Shown here one piece after another: positions 38,913 to 49,511 of a stretch of DNA of 62,901 nt; position 1 is the first letter of the stretch; each line of letters begins with the position of its first letter. The translations under genes were made by a program, and so were the position numbers. Source of the stretch: Octopus sinensis. Its lineage: Eukaryota. The notes below the pieces were generated by a model. It was not told the DNA's origin. It saw only the letters and a program-made list of their open reading frames with translations, and ran no database searches. The stretch covers positions 1 to 62,901 of the forward strand of contig NW_021833089.1 of NCBI RefSeq assembly GCF_006345805.1, read 5' to 3'.

Positions 38913-39283
38913 TTGAAAATTTATATATAAAAAATAACTGCAAGAATATTGTTATATTCTACTGCTTTATAATATCAAAATGACTGTGATAGTCATATTG
39001 TTTCACTTGTTTATTCATTCAATGTCGATTTTGTTTTTTAATGAAGCAGCAGGGGATTTCGGCCTTTCCAACGTGGGTCGTCGAGGTGTTAAGACGTGTG
39101 AAGACGTTGCTAAGGTTGGGTGAAGCAGCTGCTATCTTTAGCGTTCGGGTCGGGGCTGTGACGAAGGATCCGTTACCACTGAAGGGTCTCTATCGGAGCG
39201 AAGAGAAGGTAGGTGCCTTTATATATCAACTATCTCGCACACACCACAAGCTATTTCGGCGTTCCACGTAAGTCGTCACCACG

Positions 39284-40029
39284 ATGTCTGCGAAAATCAG
39301 GATCGCCAGCGACATCATCAGACCCTTCAATGGCGAAGGCGATGTAGTGGCCTGGATGCGGAAAATCAGGCTGGTGGCAAGACTGCAAGGTATAAGCGAT
39401 GTGGAAAGTTTTATGGCGCTGTATTTAGAAGGGAGTGCGTTAACGCTATACCTTGAGATGGACGAGGAAGAACGTCTGAACGAGGAAAAAATAGAGCAAC
39501 GATTGCGGGATGCCGATACAGTATGTGAATACACAGCTTTTGCTAAGCTGGGTACGATTCAGTGGACGGGGGGACAAGTGGACGAGTATGCGGCAGAAGT
39601 TAGAAGGTTAGCGACGCTGGCTGGGTTTACGGGAGAAGGGCTGGGGCGAGCGGCGCGGCTGGCGTTCGTAAATGGGTTCCCCGACGATGTAGGGATTCAC
39701 CTACAACGATTGCCCGGGATTAAAAAGATGGCACTGAGCGAACTGTGACTCAAGTCCGCGTGTTGACGCGACAATCTGGGCGGAAGGCGATAGCGATGGC
39801 GGTGACGGAGGTGCGTAAAGACGGACGACGACCGGAGAAAGACGTACAGAAGCGGCCGTTCACAGGTCGGTGTTTTAGATGCCAGGGGTCGCACATGGCG
39901 CGGGACTGTACGCAAATGGGGCCCGTTTGCTATCGATGCAGGCAGACAGGGCACATCGCCCGTGATTGCGACCAGGGAAACGACTGCGGGGAAGTTGCTG
40001 CCTCTCGAACTTTCCCCGCAAACGAGTAG
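39284..40029 (+). pseudogene. Gypsy gag with two CCHC zinc knuckles (one frameshift/stop near 39745)
   Basis: IIRPFNGEGDVVAW.RK..LVARLQ; CFRCQGSHMARDC and CYRCRQTGHIARDC; -1 slippery heptamer GGGAAAC at 39975-39981. Confidence 0.88.
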
Positions 40030-42831
40030 AGGCGTTATTGGAGACGCTGCCATTAATTGACGTGGAAGCCGAGGGGAAGACGTTCAAGGCCCTCGTGGAT
40101 ACGGGCTGTACGACCACCCTTGTGACTTCAAGGGTGACGAAGGAATGGAACGGGGCTAGTAGCGTCCGGGCGGTCGACGGCAGCGAAATCCGTTGCAGAG
40201 GCAGCAGCAAGGTAGAGATAGTGGTGCGCGGCGCGACGCTAAGGCTGCAGGTAATTGTGGCTGAACACGTGATAGATGGTGTTGATGTGGTGATGGGGAT
40301 GGACGCCATCAACTGCCTTGGTGGCGTCGGTGTTGTGGGAAATGAGGTCACGTTCGGAAGCGTGGGGGCGTCGTGCACTGCGAGCCAGGATCGCCAGAGA
40401 GAGCAGAGCCCCGCGAGGGACTGCGCCGCTTACACCATCGAGGAAAAAGACTTTCAGGCGGTGTTCGATGGTCAGCGGTGGACGATAGAGTGGCAATGGA
40501 AGGACGAGCACCCGACGCTGGAAAACAGGGTGAGCTGTTACCAACATACCCTTAAAGGCCACGCCAGGGTTGCGTTTGAAGACGGGGTGGAGAGGTGGAT
40601 CGAGAAAGGGGTCCTTCTCCCTTGGAAGGAGGAGGTAACGGGCGGATTGCTACCCCTGATGGCGGTGGTGCAGCCTACGAAGGGAAAAGTCAGACCGGTG
40701 TTGGACTTCAGGGAGCTAAACCAGCATATATCGTGTCACAAGGGAGGTGAGGCGACAGACGTATGTGGCGAGACGTTACGTGCGTGGAGACAGTCGACCG
40801 AGGCAGCGACGATTGTCGACTTGAAATCGGCATACTTGCAGCTCCATGTGAGCGACAAACTGTGGCGATATCAGCTGGTGCGGTACAAAGGCCGGACGTA
40901 CTGTTTAACCAGGCTGGGTTTCGGGCTGAATTCCGCTCTGAAGATCATGGCGGCAGTGCTTAAGTCCGTCCTAGGGAAAGACGGCAAGATTAGAAAGGCC
41001 ACCAGCTCCTACATTGACGACATTTTGGTGGACGAAACTGTAGTGCCAGCCAACGAGGTAGTTAGACATCTGGCGAAGTTTGGACTGATTGCGAAGCCAC
41101 CGGAGTCGATGGAAGGGGGATCCGCGCTGGGGCTGAAGCTGCGGAGAGATAGATCGGGTGAATTGGTGTTCCGGAGAGTGAATGAAATCCCAGAGCTGAG
41201 TTCCAGCGTCAGCAGGAGAGAGCTGTTCTCGGTGTGTGGGAAGTTGGTCGGTCACTACCCGATCGCCGGATGGCTGCGCACGGCGTGTAGTTACACGAAG
41301 AGACGAGCAGAGGGGGAGAGTTGGGGCGACAAGGTGGGGGAAGGGACGGTGGCGATGATGCAGGAAATCCTAGAGAGGACGAGAGCGGAAGACCCGGTCA
41401 GGGGGAACTGGTACGTTCCCAAGACGGAATGCGGGACCGTCTGGTGTGCTGCTAGCAGTATAGCGATAGGGGTTGTGTTGGCAATCGAAGGTGCTGCGGT
41501 GGAGGACGCGGCCTGGCTTCGGAAAGCAGATGATTTCAAACACATCAATGTCGCCGAATTAGACGCGGTGCTGAAAGGGGTGAACTTGGCCCTGAAATGG
41601 GGGCTGCGCACAATTGAGATCGGACGGATTCGGCCACTGTGCTTGGCTGGGTAGGATCGGTGATCACCGGTGAAAGGAGAGTGCGGACGAAAGGTGCCGC
41701 GGAGATGTTAGTGAAGCGCCGTCTAGGAGTTCTAGGTGAATTGATCGCCGAGTTCGGACTGAAGCTGAATGTGGTTTTCGTGCCTTCGGAAAAAAACAGG
41801 GCAGACGCACTGACCAGGGTGAAAAGAGCGTGGTTGGAAGAACCGGAGGAGGCCCGGAAAGGGATAGCTGCGGCGTGTCGGTTGGATGACTGCGAACTGA
41901 AGAGACTGCACGCTATGCATCACCTGGGTGTGGACAGGACTCTGTATCTGGTGAAGAAAATTGATGCTGACGTCACTAGGAGAAGCATCCGGAAGGTGGT
42001 TGGGAGCTGCGACAGGTGTCAGTCCATCGACCCTGCTCCGTGTGGGCATGAACAGGGAAGCCTTTCGGAGGAGCAGAACTGGAAAAGGCTAGCTGTGGTT
42101 GTGACACTCTACCGTCAGGGAATTACCTCTCCATGGTCGACTGCGGGTCAGGCTGGCTGGCCATTTGGAGGGAGTTAAGAACGGGCATTGCTGACGAGAT
42201 CGCGCAGATCCTGAACGGGATATTTTTAGAGAGAGAACTACTGATGGACACCGGGGCGGCGTTTCGTTCGGAAGCATTGAGGGTTATGCTTGATCGGTGG
42301 AATGTGCGTCGCTTGTTCAGAGCAGCGTATAGGCCGAGCGGTAACGGGATCGTGGAGAGGCACCATTGGACAGTCAAGGCCATAGCAGAAAGAGGGCACA
42401 TTTCGCCGCTTGAAGCAGTTTTTTGGTACAACTTGTCTCCCCGATCCGGGTAAGCTGAGGAATCTGCGCCGCAGAGAGCTGTGTTCAAATATGAATGGAG
42501 GCACCCGAGCAAAGCGCCGGAGGGTCACGAGGAAGAGAAGGGACCCGTTCGCGTGAAAATAGGGGAGGAAGTCTGGGTTAAGCCACCAAAGGCACACTGT
42601 ACGTCTCAATGGAGCAGAGGAACGGTGACGGCGGTCAATTCCAGAAACAACGTATCCGTGGATGGAATGCCGCGACACGTCTTGGACCTTCGCAGGATTG
42701 TCGCTTCGACCGACGACGATTCTGGAGAGGGGGAGAACGAGGTGCCCAGCTTGAGAAGATCTCGACGCGCAAGGCGCCCTCCCGGTTGGATGGTGGACTA
42801 CGACATGGAGCGGAGAGATTGTGATCTTTAA
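39975..42831 (+). pseudogene. Gypsy pol (protease, RT, RNase H, integrase) with frameshifts and a stop
   Basis: ALVDTGC (PR); KVRPVLDFRELN, VDLKSAYLQ, RLGFGLN, YIDDIL (RT); WCAASSIAIG, HINVAELDA (RH); HAMHHLGVDRT..CDRC, MDTGAAF, GNGIVER (IN). Lesions near 41630, 42120 and 42450. Confidence 0.9.
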
Positions 42832-43945
42832 GATGAGGGTGGCGTGTGGGATGACGTCAGCAGCTGGGTGCGTTGACCGGAAGCTGGGGCAACCGGAAGG
42901 GGCTGCAGTGAGGCGTGCGCAGGCTGCGGGGATTTCGGCCTTTCCAACGTGGGTCGTCGAGGTGTTAAGACGTGTGAAGACGTTGCTAAGGTTGGGTGAA
43001 GCAGCTGCTATCTTTAGCGTTCGGGTCGGGGCTGTGACGAAGGATCCGTTACCACTGAAGGGTCTCTATCGGAGCGAAGAGAAGGTAGGTGCCTTTACAT
43101 ATCAACTATCTCGCACACACCACAGAACAAACATAAAAGTTTGCATGGATTGCGGGTTTTGCGCTTGTATATAATGAAGGGATTAAAAGTATTTCAAAAA
43201 CGTTTATAAGAATAAATGATTTTTATATTTAGTGTAATTTGTCCTACGAATATTTCAAATCTATAATGATTTTTATTGTCTCTAATATTCTGATGATGAT
43301 TGAAATTCCTGGAGAAATGTGGAAATTTGTACAACAGCAAATTCTGAGTGCGTAGTTGAAATGACATGCGACCTAAATTTAGGTAAGAAAATTCCGAATT
43401 CAATTCTGATTTCACTTCAGTGGAAAAGTACTCAATGTAACATTACATTTAATACTAAAAAAAAGAAAGAGAAGGCATTGAAATCACGTGGGTGTGCATG
43501 TGTGTGTGTGTGTGTGTGTCCGTGTATATACGCGCATGTGGACGTATGTGCATAGGTCCGGTCGTGCATGCGTATGTATGAGTGTTTGTACCGATGAGTT
43601 TTGTCCTGGGCCGGGAATTAAATTCTGGATGAGCTGTCGATAGCTTTGTGCAGGCACAAACAAAGAATAAACGTCAGTCTAACGGCCTTGACATCATCAA
43701 ACAAAGGTCACTTCTGTATAAAGTCATATACCAAACATATGAAAACAGAAATATGATATAAAAATACATATTCGGCATTCTTGAATTAGTTAAACAATTA
43801 AATATATACAACCGATGCACAGCCACCAAAGAAATCTATTGCTACTATTCACGGGAATTAATGAATAACAATAAAGTGAAAAGCAATATCAGTGATTGTA
43901 TAGGGTTGATTTTCTGTTAAGTTAAAAAATGGCGTCAGTTTCGGT

Positions 43946-44085
43946 AGCTTTGCGCAGAGGCGGTACCATGGCCAATGAGGTAAATCCGAGGCGTGGTTAT
44001 TGCTAGTTGAAAACTATTCCCAATACCCCGCGTTGCTATCCATAATAGATAGCAAGCGCAATTTTTACTCACCTCTGAGGAGGTG
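43946..44085 (+). ncRNA. U4: U4 snRNA, array variant, copy 6
   Basis: As copy 3. Confidence 0.96.
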
Positions 44086-45335
44086 CAATATCAATTGAAA
44101 AATAGACATTAATATAGCCTTTTGGTTGGAAAACTTACTGCAGTGGTGGTTTCCTCAGAACTTACAGTCCCGTTCATCATTTAGTGCATATCGTCGTCAT
44201 TTTTTGGCAATGATGCATAGGAACGACAGCTAGTTCAAAATTTAATAACTCACTATTTCGGTAGCTAAAAGGCACTAAATATTAAAATATAAAAGTGAGG
44301 TATCAAAGAATAGCAACTGAGCAAAAAACAACATAAAGGGGTGTAAATATCAATATATTTATTGAAAACAAAAGAGGAACTAACGTAATTACATTAAAAT
44401 CAAATTAACATAATTGCTTTCCCACAATTTCTTTTGGTGTCTAAACAGCAGTTTCTCATGTTTTATAAACATCAATGGATCCAATTTTCTTCAACAGTTT
44501 GCTAAGATGTTTATAATCATAACAACAATTTTCACTTCACTGCGGTGAAGTGCATGTTAGATGGTGCAATATCAATTAAAGAATAGACATTAATATAGCC
44601 TTTTAGTCGGAAAACCTATTGCAATCGTTCTCTGTTTAAATGATTCCCTTAACTTAGAGTCCCATTGACCATTTAGTGCGTATCGTCGTCATTTTTTGGC
44701 ATGATGCATAGGAACGACTGCCAATACAAAATTTTATAACTTACTATTTCGATAGCTAAATATTAAAACATAACAGTGATAGGTGTCAAAGAATAGCAGC
44801 TAAGCAAAAAATACATAAAGGGGTATACATATCAAAATATTTGTTTAAAATAAAAAAGGAACTATTGTAATTAAATTGAAATCGAATTAACATAATTGCT
44901 TTCACACAATTTCTGTTCCTTTTCTTTTGATGTCCAAAGAGCAGTTTCTCGTGATTTATAAACATCTATGGGCCCTGTTTTTTTTTTGTTTTTTTTTTTT
45001 CAACAGTTTGCTAAGACGTTTATGATCATAACGACAATTGTCACTTCGGTAATGTGCATGTGAGATGTTCAAATTTTCTTAGTGTTCAAACTTTCTATGC
45101 TCATCTGATTTCTTAAAATTCATATAGTTGAATACTCTGTCCAAGTCAGCATATTATGTGGTAAAATGCAAAGTGCTAAAGCTAATTTACACTAATGTCC
45201 GAATTAACATTACATAGTTGAATGCGATGATACTCCAATCCAGAAATAAACTGTTCTTCGGACATTTGAATTTTCTTTTATAGCTAAACACTAAAAATTG
45301 CAATTTAAAAATGAATCAGTATGTTGAAACGGTAT

Positions 45336-45558
45336 ACTCTTTTTACTCTTTTACTTGTTTCAGTCATTTGACTGCGGCCATGCTGGAGCACCGCCTTTAG
45401 TCGAGCAAATTGACCCCGGGACTTATTCTTTGTAAGCCCAGTACTTATTCTATCGGTCTCTTTTGCCGAACCGCTAGGTGACGGGGACGTAAACACACCA
45501 GCATTGTCAAGCAATGCTAGGGGGACAAACACAGACACACATACATATATATATATAT
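45336..45558. mobile_element. SINE (Octopus-type) inserted into the spacer TATATA site
   Basis: CTTGTTTCAGTCATTTGACTGCGGCCATGCTGGAGCACCGCC...TTTGCCGAACCGCTAG core; related copies at 48655-48850 (inverted) and 61740-61930. Confidence 0.85.
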
Positions 45559-45939
45559 TCATCGAGCAATGAATATAAGTAGCGATCGTGATACCCACCA
45601 CGAAGAATTGATTAAGCTCAGTAACACTCTATTGAGCAACAACTACCCCAAAAGCATATCGTCGTCATTTTTTGGCAATGATGCATAGGAACGACAGCTA
45701 GTTCAAAATTTAAGAAAGAGAAGGCATCGAAATCACGTGGGTGCGCATGTGTGTGTGTGTCCGTGTATATACGCGTATGTGGACGTATGTGCATAGGTTC
45801 GGTCGTGCATGCGTATGTATGAGTGTTTGTGCCTATGAGTTTTGTCCTGGGCCGGGAATTAAATTCTGGATTAGCTGCCGATGGCTTTGTGCGGGAATAA
45901 ACAGAAATTACGTGGGAGATTGAGTGTGTGTGTGCGTGT

Positions 45940-47598
45940 TAGCTCAAGTTTTGTTCAGGTCGCACGTGTTTTGAGGAGCTGGAGTATTTCTATCGTAAGT
46001 TGCCATATTTGTTATTTGAATAATTGTTGATACGGTTTCGCGTCACACGGCGTCTGTTCTGGCGGCCGTTGTCTGTCTGAGGTGAGACAGACAAAGGATT
46101 ATGAACCGCCTCTCCCTCGGGAAGAATTTATTTGAAAGTTTGTCGGAATTATCGTCATCTGAGGAGGAGGAGTTGGAAAGAGCAGTGGAAGAAATGGATA
46201 GAAGGCTGGAAAAGACGTATGCAGGAGTGATGAGGCCGAAAGAAAAAGAGGTGGACCTGGCTAAATTACCAGGCTTCCAGGATTTTATGAAAGAGGAGGA
46301 GAACGGCGAAGTCGAGCTGTCACCTCCAGCAAAGCGTGGCGAGTGGTTCAACCGTAGAACCATCAAATATAGAGTGTACGTGAATGGAGGAAGAAGGATT
46401 GAAATAGTAAATATGGAAGCTATTGAAGAGGCATTGAAACAGACTGGAGAGGAAATTGTTTACCTGACAAGAGGAATGGAGTATGGAACTGTAACGGTTC
46501 AATATAGAAGTGAGAACGTCGCCAGAAAAATAGCAACCAAGGTGGTAAAAACGGAGAAGATATACTTACTGCCCTCGTATCTAAATAGAAGAACCACAAG
46601 AATTAGGGTGGAGGGAATACCCCCACACCTAGAGGGTGAATACATAACGGCAGCGGTGATTAAGGGAAACGAGGAAAAGGTGGACATCCTCCACGCCACT
46701 ATGAAATACGAAGGCGTGAGAGGTGCCACCTTGGACATGAATGTACAGACAGAAGCGGAAACAATAGAAAGGTTGACAGAAAATATAAGAACAGGGAACA
46801 TTATTATGAGAGTGTGGGTGGAGAGCAGAGCCCCACGATGTTATAAGTGTGGCCAGAGAGGCCACATAAGAGCCAACTGCCCACCCCCACCAAAGGAAAA
46901 GGAAACGGAACCCCCAAAAAAGGAAGACACTAAGGAAAGGGAGAACCAAACAGAAAGGGAAGCAACTGAAGAAGAGGAGAACCAGCAAGAGTGGGAAGAA
47001 GGGAGAAAAAAAAGAAAAAGAAAGAAAAAAGCAAACAGTATGAAACCCCAACCCACCCCAACACCACCCGCACCCTCTGAGTCCCATCCTTCCTCTGCAA
47101 ACAGTGATTCCACCCACTCCCCGCCTACAAGAAAAACAAAAACAAATGCAGACACACAGAACGAACGAAGTCCCAGGCACTATTTTTTATGTGTTGTGAG
47201 GAAGAAGGACACCCAGAACTCAAAGAGAATAATACATAAAGATTTATGGCATGAACGTGAAGACGGGAGTTGCGCGGTGTTGAAAGATGAAATTATGGAC
47301 ACAATGGTGATGTTGTGTGAGGAAAAGGGTATAAAAGTGATGAAAGTGACAATGCAGGATGAAGAGATAGAGAAGTATGAAAGGAAAACGAAGAGTGTGA
47401 TGGGAAAGGAAGGAATTGTGATTGGAAATGGGTGATGAAGGACAGGTAAGTGGTGCTGGCGGATGGGGCCGTTCAGCACCGCTTTCATTTTATCATTTTC
47501 ATTTTAAAATTAATTTCTCATAATTTTAGATTGTTCTATGTCCTCAATGTGTTGTGATGTATTTCTCTGTGTCGCCCCTAGTGGGTAATAAAGAAATA
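45940..47598 (+). mobile_element. ORF1-only non-LTR (Tx1/L1-like) element, 1.66 kb, in a (GT)n target
   Basis: 16-bp duplication GTGTGTGTGTGCGTGT (45924-45939, 47605-47620), 161-nt leader, single ORF, ~160-nt trailer with AATAAA, no ORF2. Confidence 0.8.
46101..47435 (+). CDS. LINE ORF1/Gag-like nucleic-acid-binding protein (RRM-like regions + CCHC knuckle)
   Basis: Uninterrupted 444-aa ORF; TRIRVEGIPPHL RRM-like strand, PRCYKCGQRGHIRANCP knuckle, charged and Pro/Ser-rich linker, basic KKRKRKKK NLS-like motif. Confidence 0.85.
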   Translation: MNRLSLGKNLFESLSELSSSEEEELERAVEEMDRRLEKTYAGVMRPKEKEVDLAKLPGFQDFMKEEENGEVELSPPAKRGEWFNRRTIKYRVYVNGGRRIEIVNMEAIEEALKQTGEEIVYLTRGMEYGTVTVQYRSENVARKIATKVVKTEKIYLLPSYLNRRTTRIRVEGIPPHLEGEYITAAVIKGNEEKVDILHATMKYEGVRGATLDMNVQTEAETIERLTENIRTGNIIMRVWVESRAPRCYKCGQRGHIRANCPPPPKEKETEPPKKEDTKERENQTEREATEEEENQQEWEEGRKKRKRKKKANSMKPQPTPTPPAPSESHPSSANSDSTHSPPTRKTKTNADTQNERSPRHYFLCVVRKKDTQNSKRIIHKDLWHEREDGSCAVLKDEIMDTMVMLCEEKGIKVMKVTMQDEEIEKYERKTKSVMGKEGIVIGNG

Positions 47599-48016
47599 GT
47601 GTGTGTGTGTGTGTGCGTGTGTACGTACATGCATGCATGCGTGTGTATGTCTGTTTGTCAGTGTATGAGTTTTGTCGAGGACCGGGGCACAAATTCTGGA
47701 TGAGCTGCCGATAGCTTTGTGCAGGCACAAACAAAAATAAACGTCAGTCTAATGGCCTTGATATCATCAAACAAAGGTCACTTCTGTATGAAGTCATATA
47801 CCAAACATATGAAAACAGAAATATGATATAAAAGCTACATATTTGGCATTCTTGTATTAGTTAAACAATTAAGTATATACAACCGATGCACAGCCACTAA
47901 AGAAATCTATTGCTACTATTCACGGGAATTAATGAATAACAATAAAGTGAAAAGCAATATCAGTGATTGTATAGGGTTGATTTTCTGTTAAGTTGAAAAA
48001 TGGCGTCAGTTTCGGT

Positions 48017-48156
48017 AGCTTTGCGCAGAGGCGGTACCATGGCCAATGAGGTAAATCCGAGGCGTGGTTATTGCTAGTTGAAAACTATTCCCAATACCCC
48101 GCGTTGCTATCCATAATAGATAGCAAACGCAATTTTTACTCACCTCTGAGGAGGTG
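48017..48156 (+). ncRNA. U4: U4 snRNA, array variant, copy 7
   Basis: Identical to copy 1. Confidence 0.96.
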
Positions 48157-48654
48157 CAATATCAATTAAAGAATAGACATTAATATAGCCTTTTGGTGAT
48201 CGTGTGTGGGCGCTTATACGTGCTTGTGTGTGAGTTTTGACGAGGACTGGGTATTAAATTCTGAATGAGCTGCCGATAGCTTTGTGCAGACATAAACAGA
48301 AGAAATATGCGTCAGTCTAATGGCCTTGATATCATCAAACAACTCATAACCACGTAAGAGCACTTTTCTAACGGCTGACAAGGGAGACACTCTCCCTCCC
48401 TACCTTGTGTGTGTGTGTTTGCAGGGCTGGGATGGACGGTTTGATAGGATCGGGCAAGTCCGATCTCTTTCGCGGGACCGGGGCGTAAACAAACTAGCAC
48501 CGGCAGTCAAACGGCAGCTACACATTCAGATAGACACATACTCACACTAATATATAAATCAAAAGACGCTTGCACAATATGCCGCGCAGTGGGGTTAAAT
48601 CTGAGACCACGTTTGAGATGCAGGCTTCTTAACAAAACAGCTACAAACAACATA

Positions 48655-48850
48655 AATGTGTGTTTGTCTCTCCAGCATCGCTTGACAACTGATGCTGGTG
48701 TGTTTGCGTCCCCGTAACTTAGCGGTTCGGCAAAAAAGACCGATAGAAAAAGTACTAGGCTTACAAAGCATACGTCCTGTGGGCGATTTGCTCGACTAAA
48801 GACGGTGCTCCAGCATGGCCGCAGTCAAATGACTGAAACAAGTAAAAGTA
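48655..48850. mobile_element. SINE (same family as 45336-45558, opposite orientation)
   Basis: Reverse complement of the core at 45350-45500. Confidence 0.8.
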
Positions 48851-49136
48851 TATATAAATTATATATACATACGTATATGTACATACATCTATACGTATAT
48901 ATATGTATGTATATATATAGAGATAGAGTGTGTTAGGTGTGACTTACAGAAATTGAATATTGAGAAAAAAGTTCGTTATTATTAACGCTTTCGTTCCTTT
49001 CTCGAGCTTATCAAATAAAAATTTGTGAATGTACTAACAGCTTGTTCATTTATATAAAACTTTTTTTGTTTTCGTGGCGGGTTGTTTAGAAGAGAACATT
49101 GTTTTTGTTTTTTGGGGTGAGGTTCCATGACAATGG

Positions 49137-49227
<91 letters not shown>

Positions 49228-49372
49228 CAGACAGACTGACAGAGAAGGGGTAACCCCCTTCCTATTCAGCATTCATTCATTTATTTATTTATTTAGTCCT
49301 TTACCATTGTATTGGAATGGGTTTAAGGATGGCGACCATATAAATCTCTGTGTGTGTATGTATATATGTATG

Positions 49373-49466
<94 letters not shown>

Positions 49467-49467
49467 T

Positions 49468-49505
<38 letters not shown>
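49137..49505. repeat. (AGAT)n and (TA)n/(TATG)n microsatellites
   Basis: Directly visible. Confidence 0.95.

Positions 49506-49511
<6 letters not shown>

Larger units (their letters stand above)
39052..43124 (+). mobile_element. Ty3/Gypsy LTR retrotransposon, near full length
   Basis: 3' LTR 42845-43124 (TG..CA) after a purine-rich PPT (~42830-42844). 5' LTR 39052-39248 lacks the first 83 nt and differs at 1 of 197 shared positions. Domain order gag-PR-RT-RH-IN. Confidence 0.96.
20698..48345 (+). repeat. Tandem array of U4 snRNA gene units (7 genes plus a partial eighth upstream region)
   Basis: Basic monomer ~1.7-1.8 kb (~2.3 kb where the 3' flank is duplicated). U4 starts at 21468, 23602, 28493, 33136, 37768, 43946 and 48017; the middle units repeat every ~4.6-4.9 kb because of an embedded Penelope element. 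Confidence 0.95.

Noticed and set aside
39740-42460. Gypsy frameshifts and unit-to-unit single-base indels as biological recoding signals
   Set aside because: Apart from the GGGAAAC gag-pol site they lack slippery or stimulatory context; many unit-to-unit indels are in homopolymers and may be sequencing or assembly errors.
39226-42678. Multiple antisense and alternative-frame ORFs over the Gypsy element
   Set aside because: Expected shadows of a GC-rich coding region.
20698-48345. Regularly spaced conserved repeat as a CRISPR-like or prokaryotic array
   Set aside because: The repeats are kb-sized eukaryotic U4 gene units; there are no short repeat-spacer arrays or cas genes.
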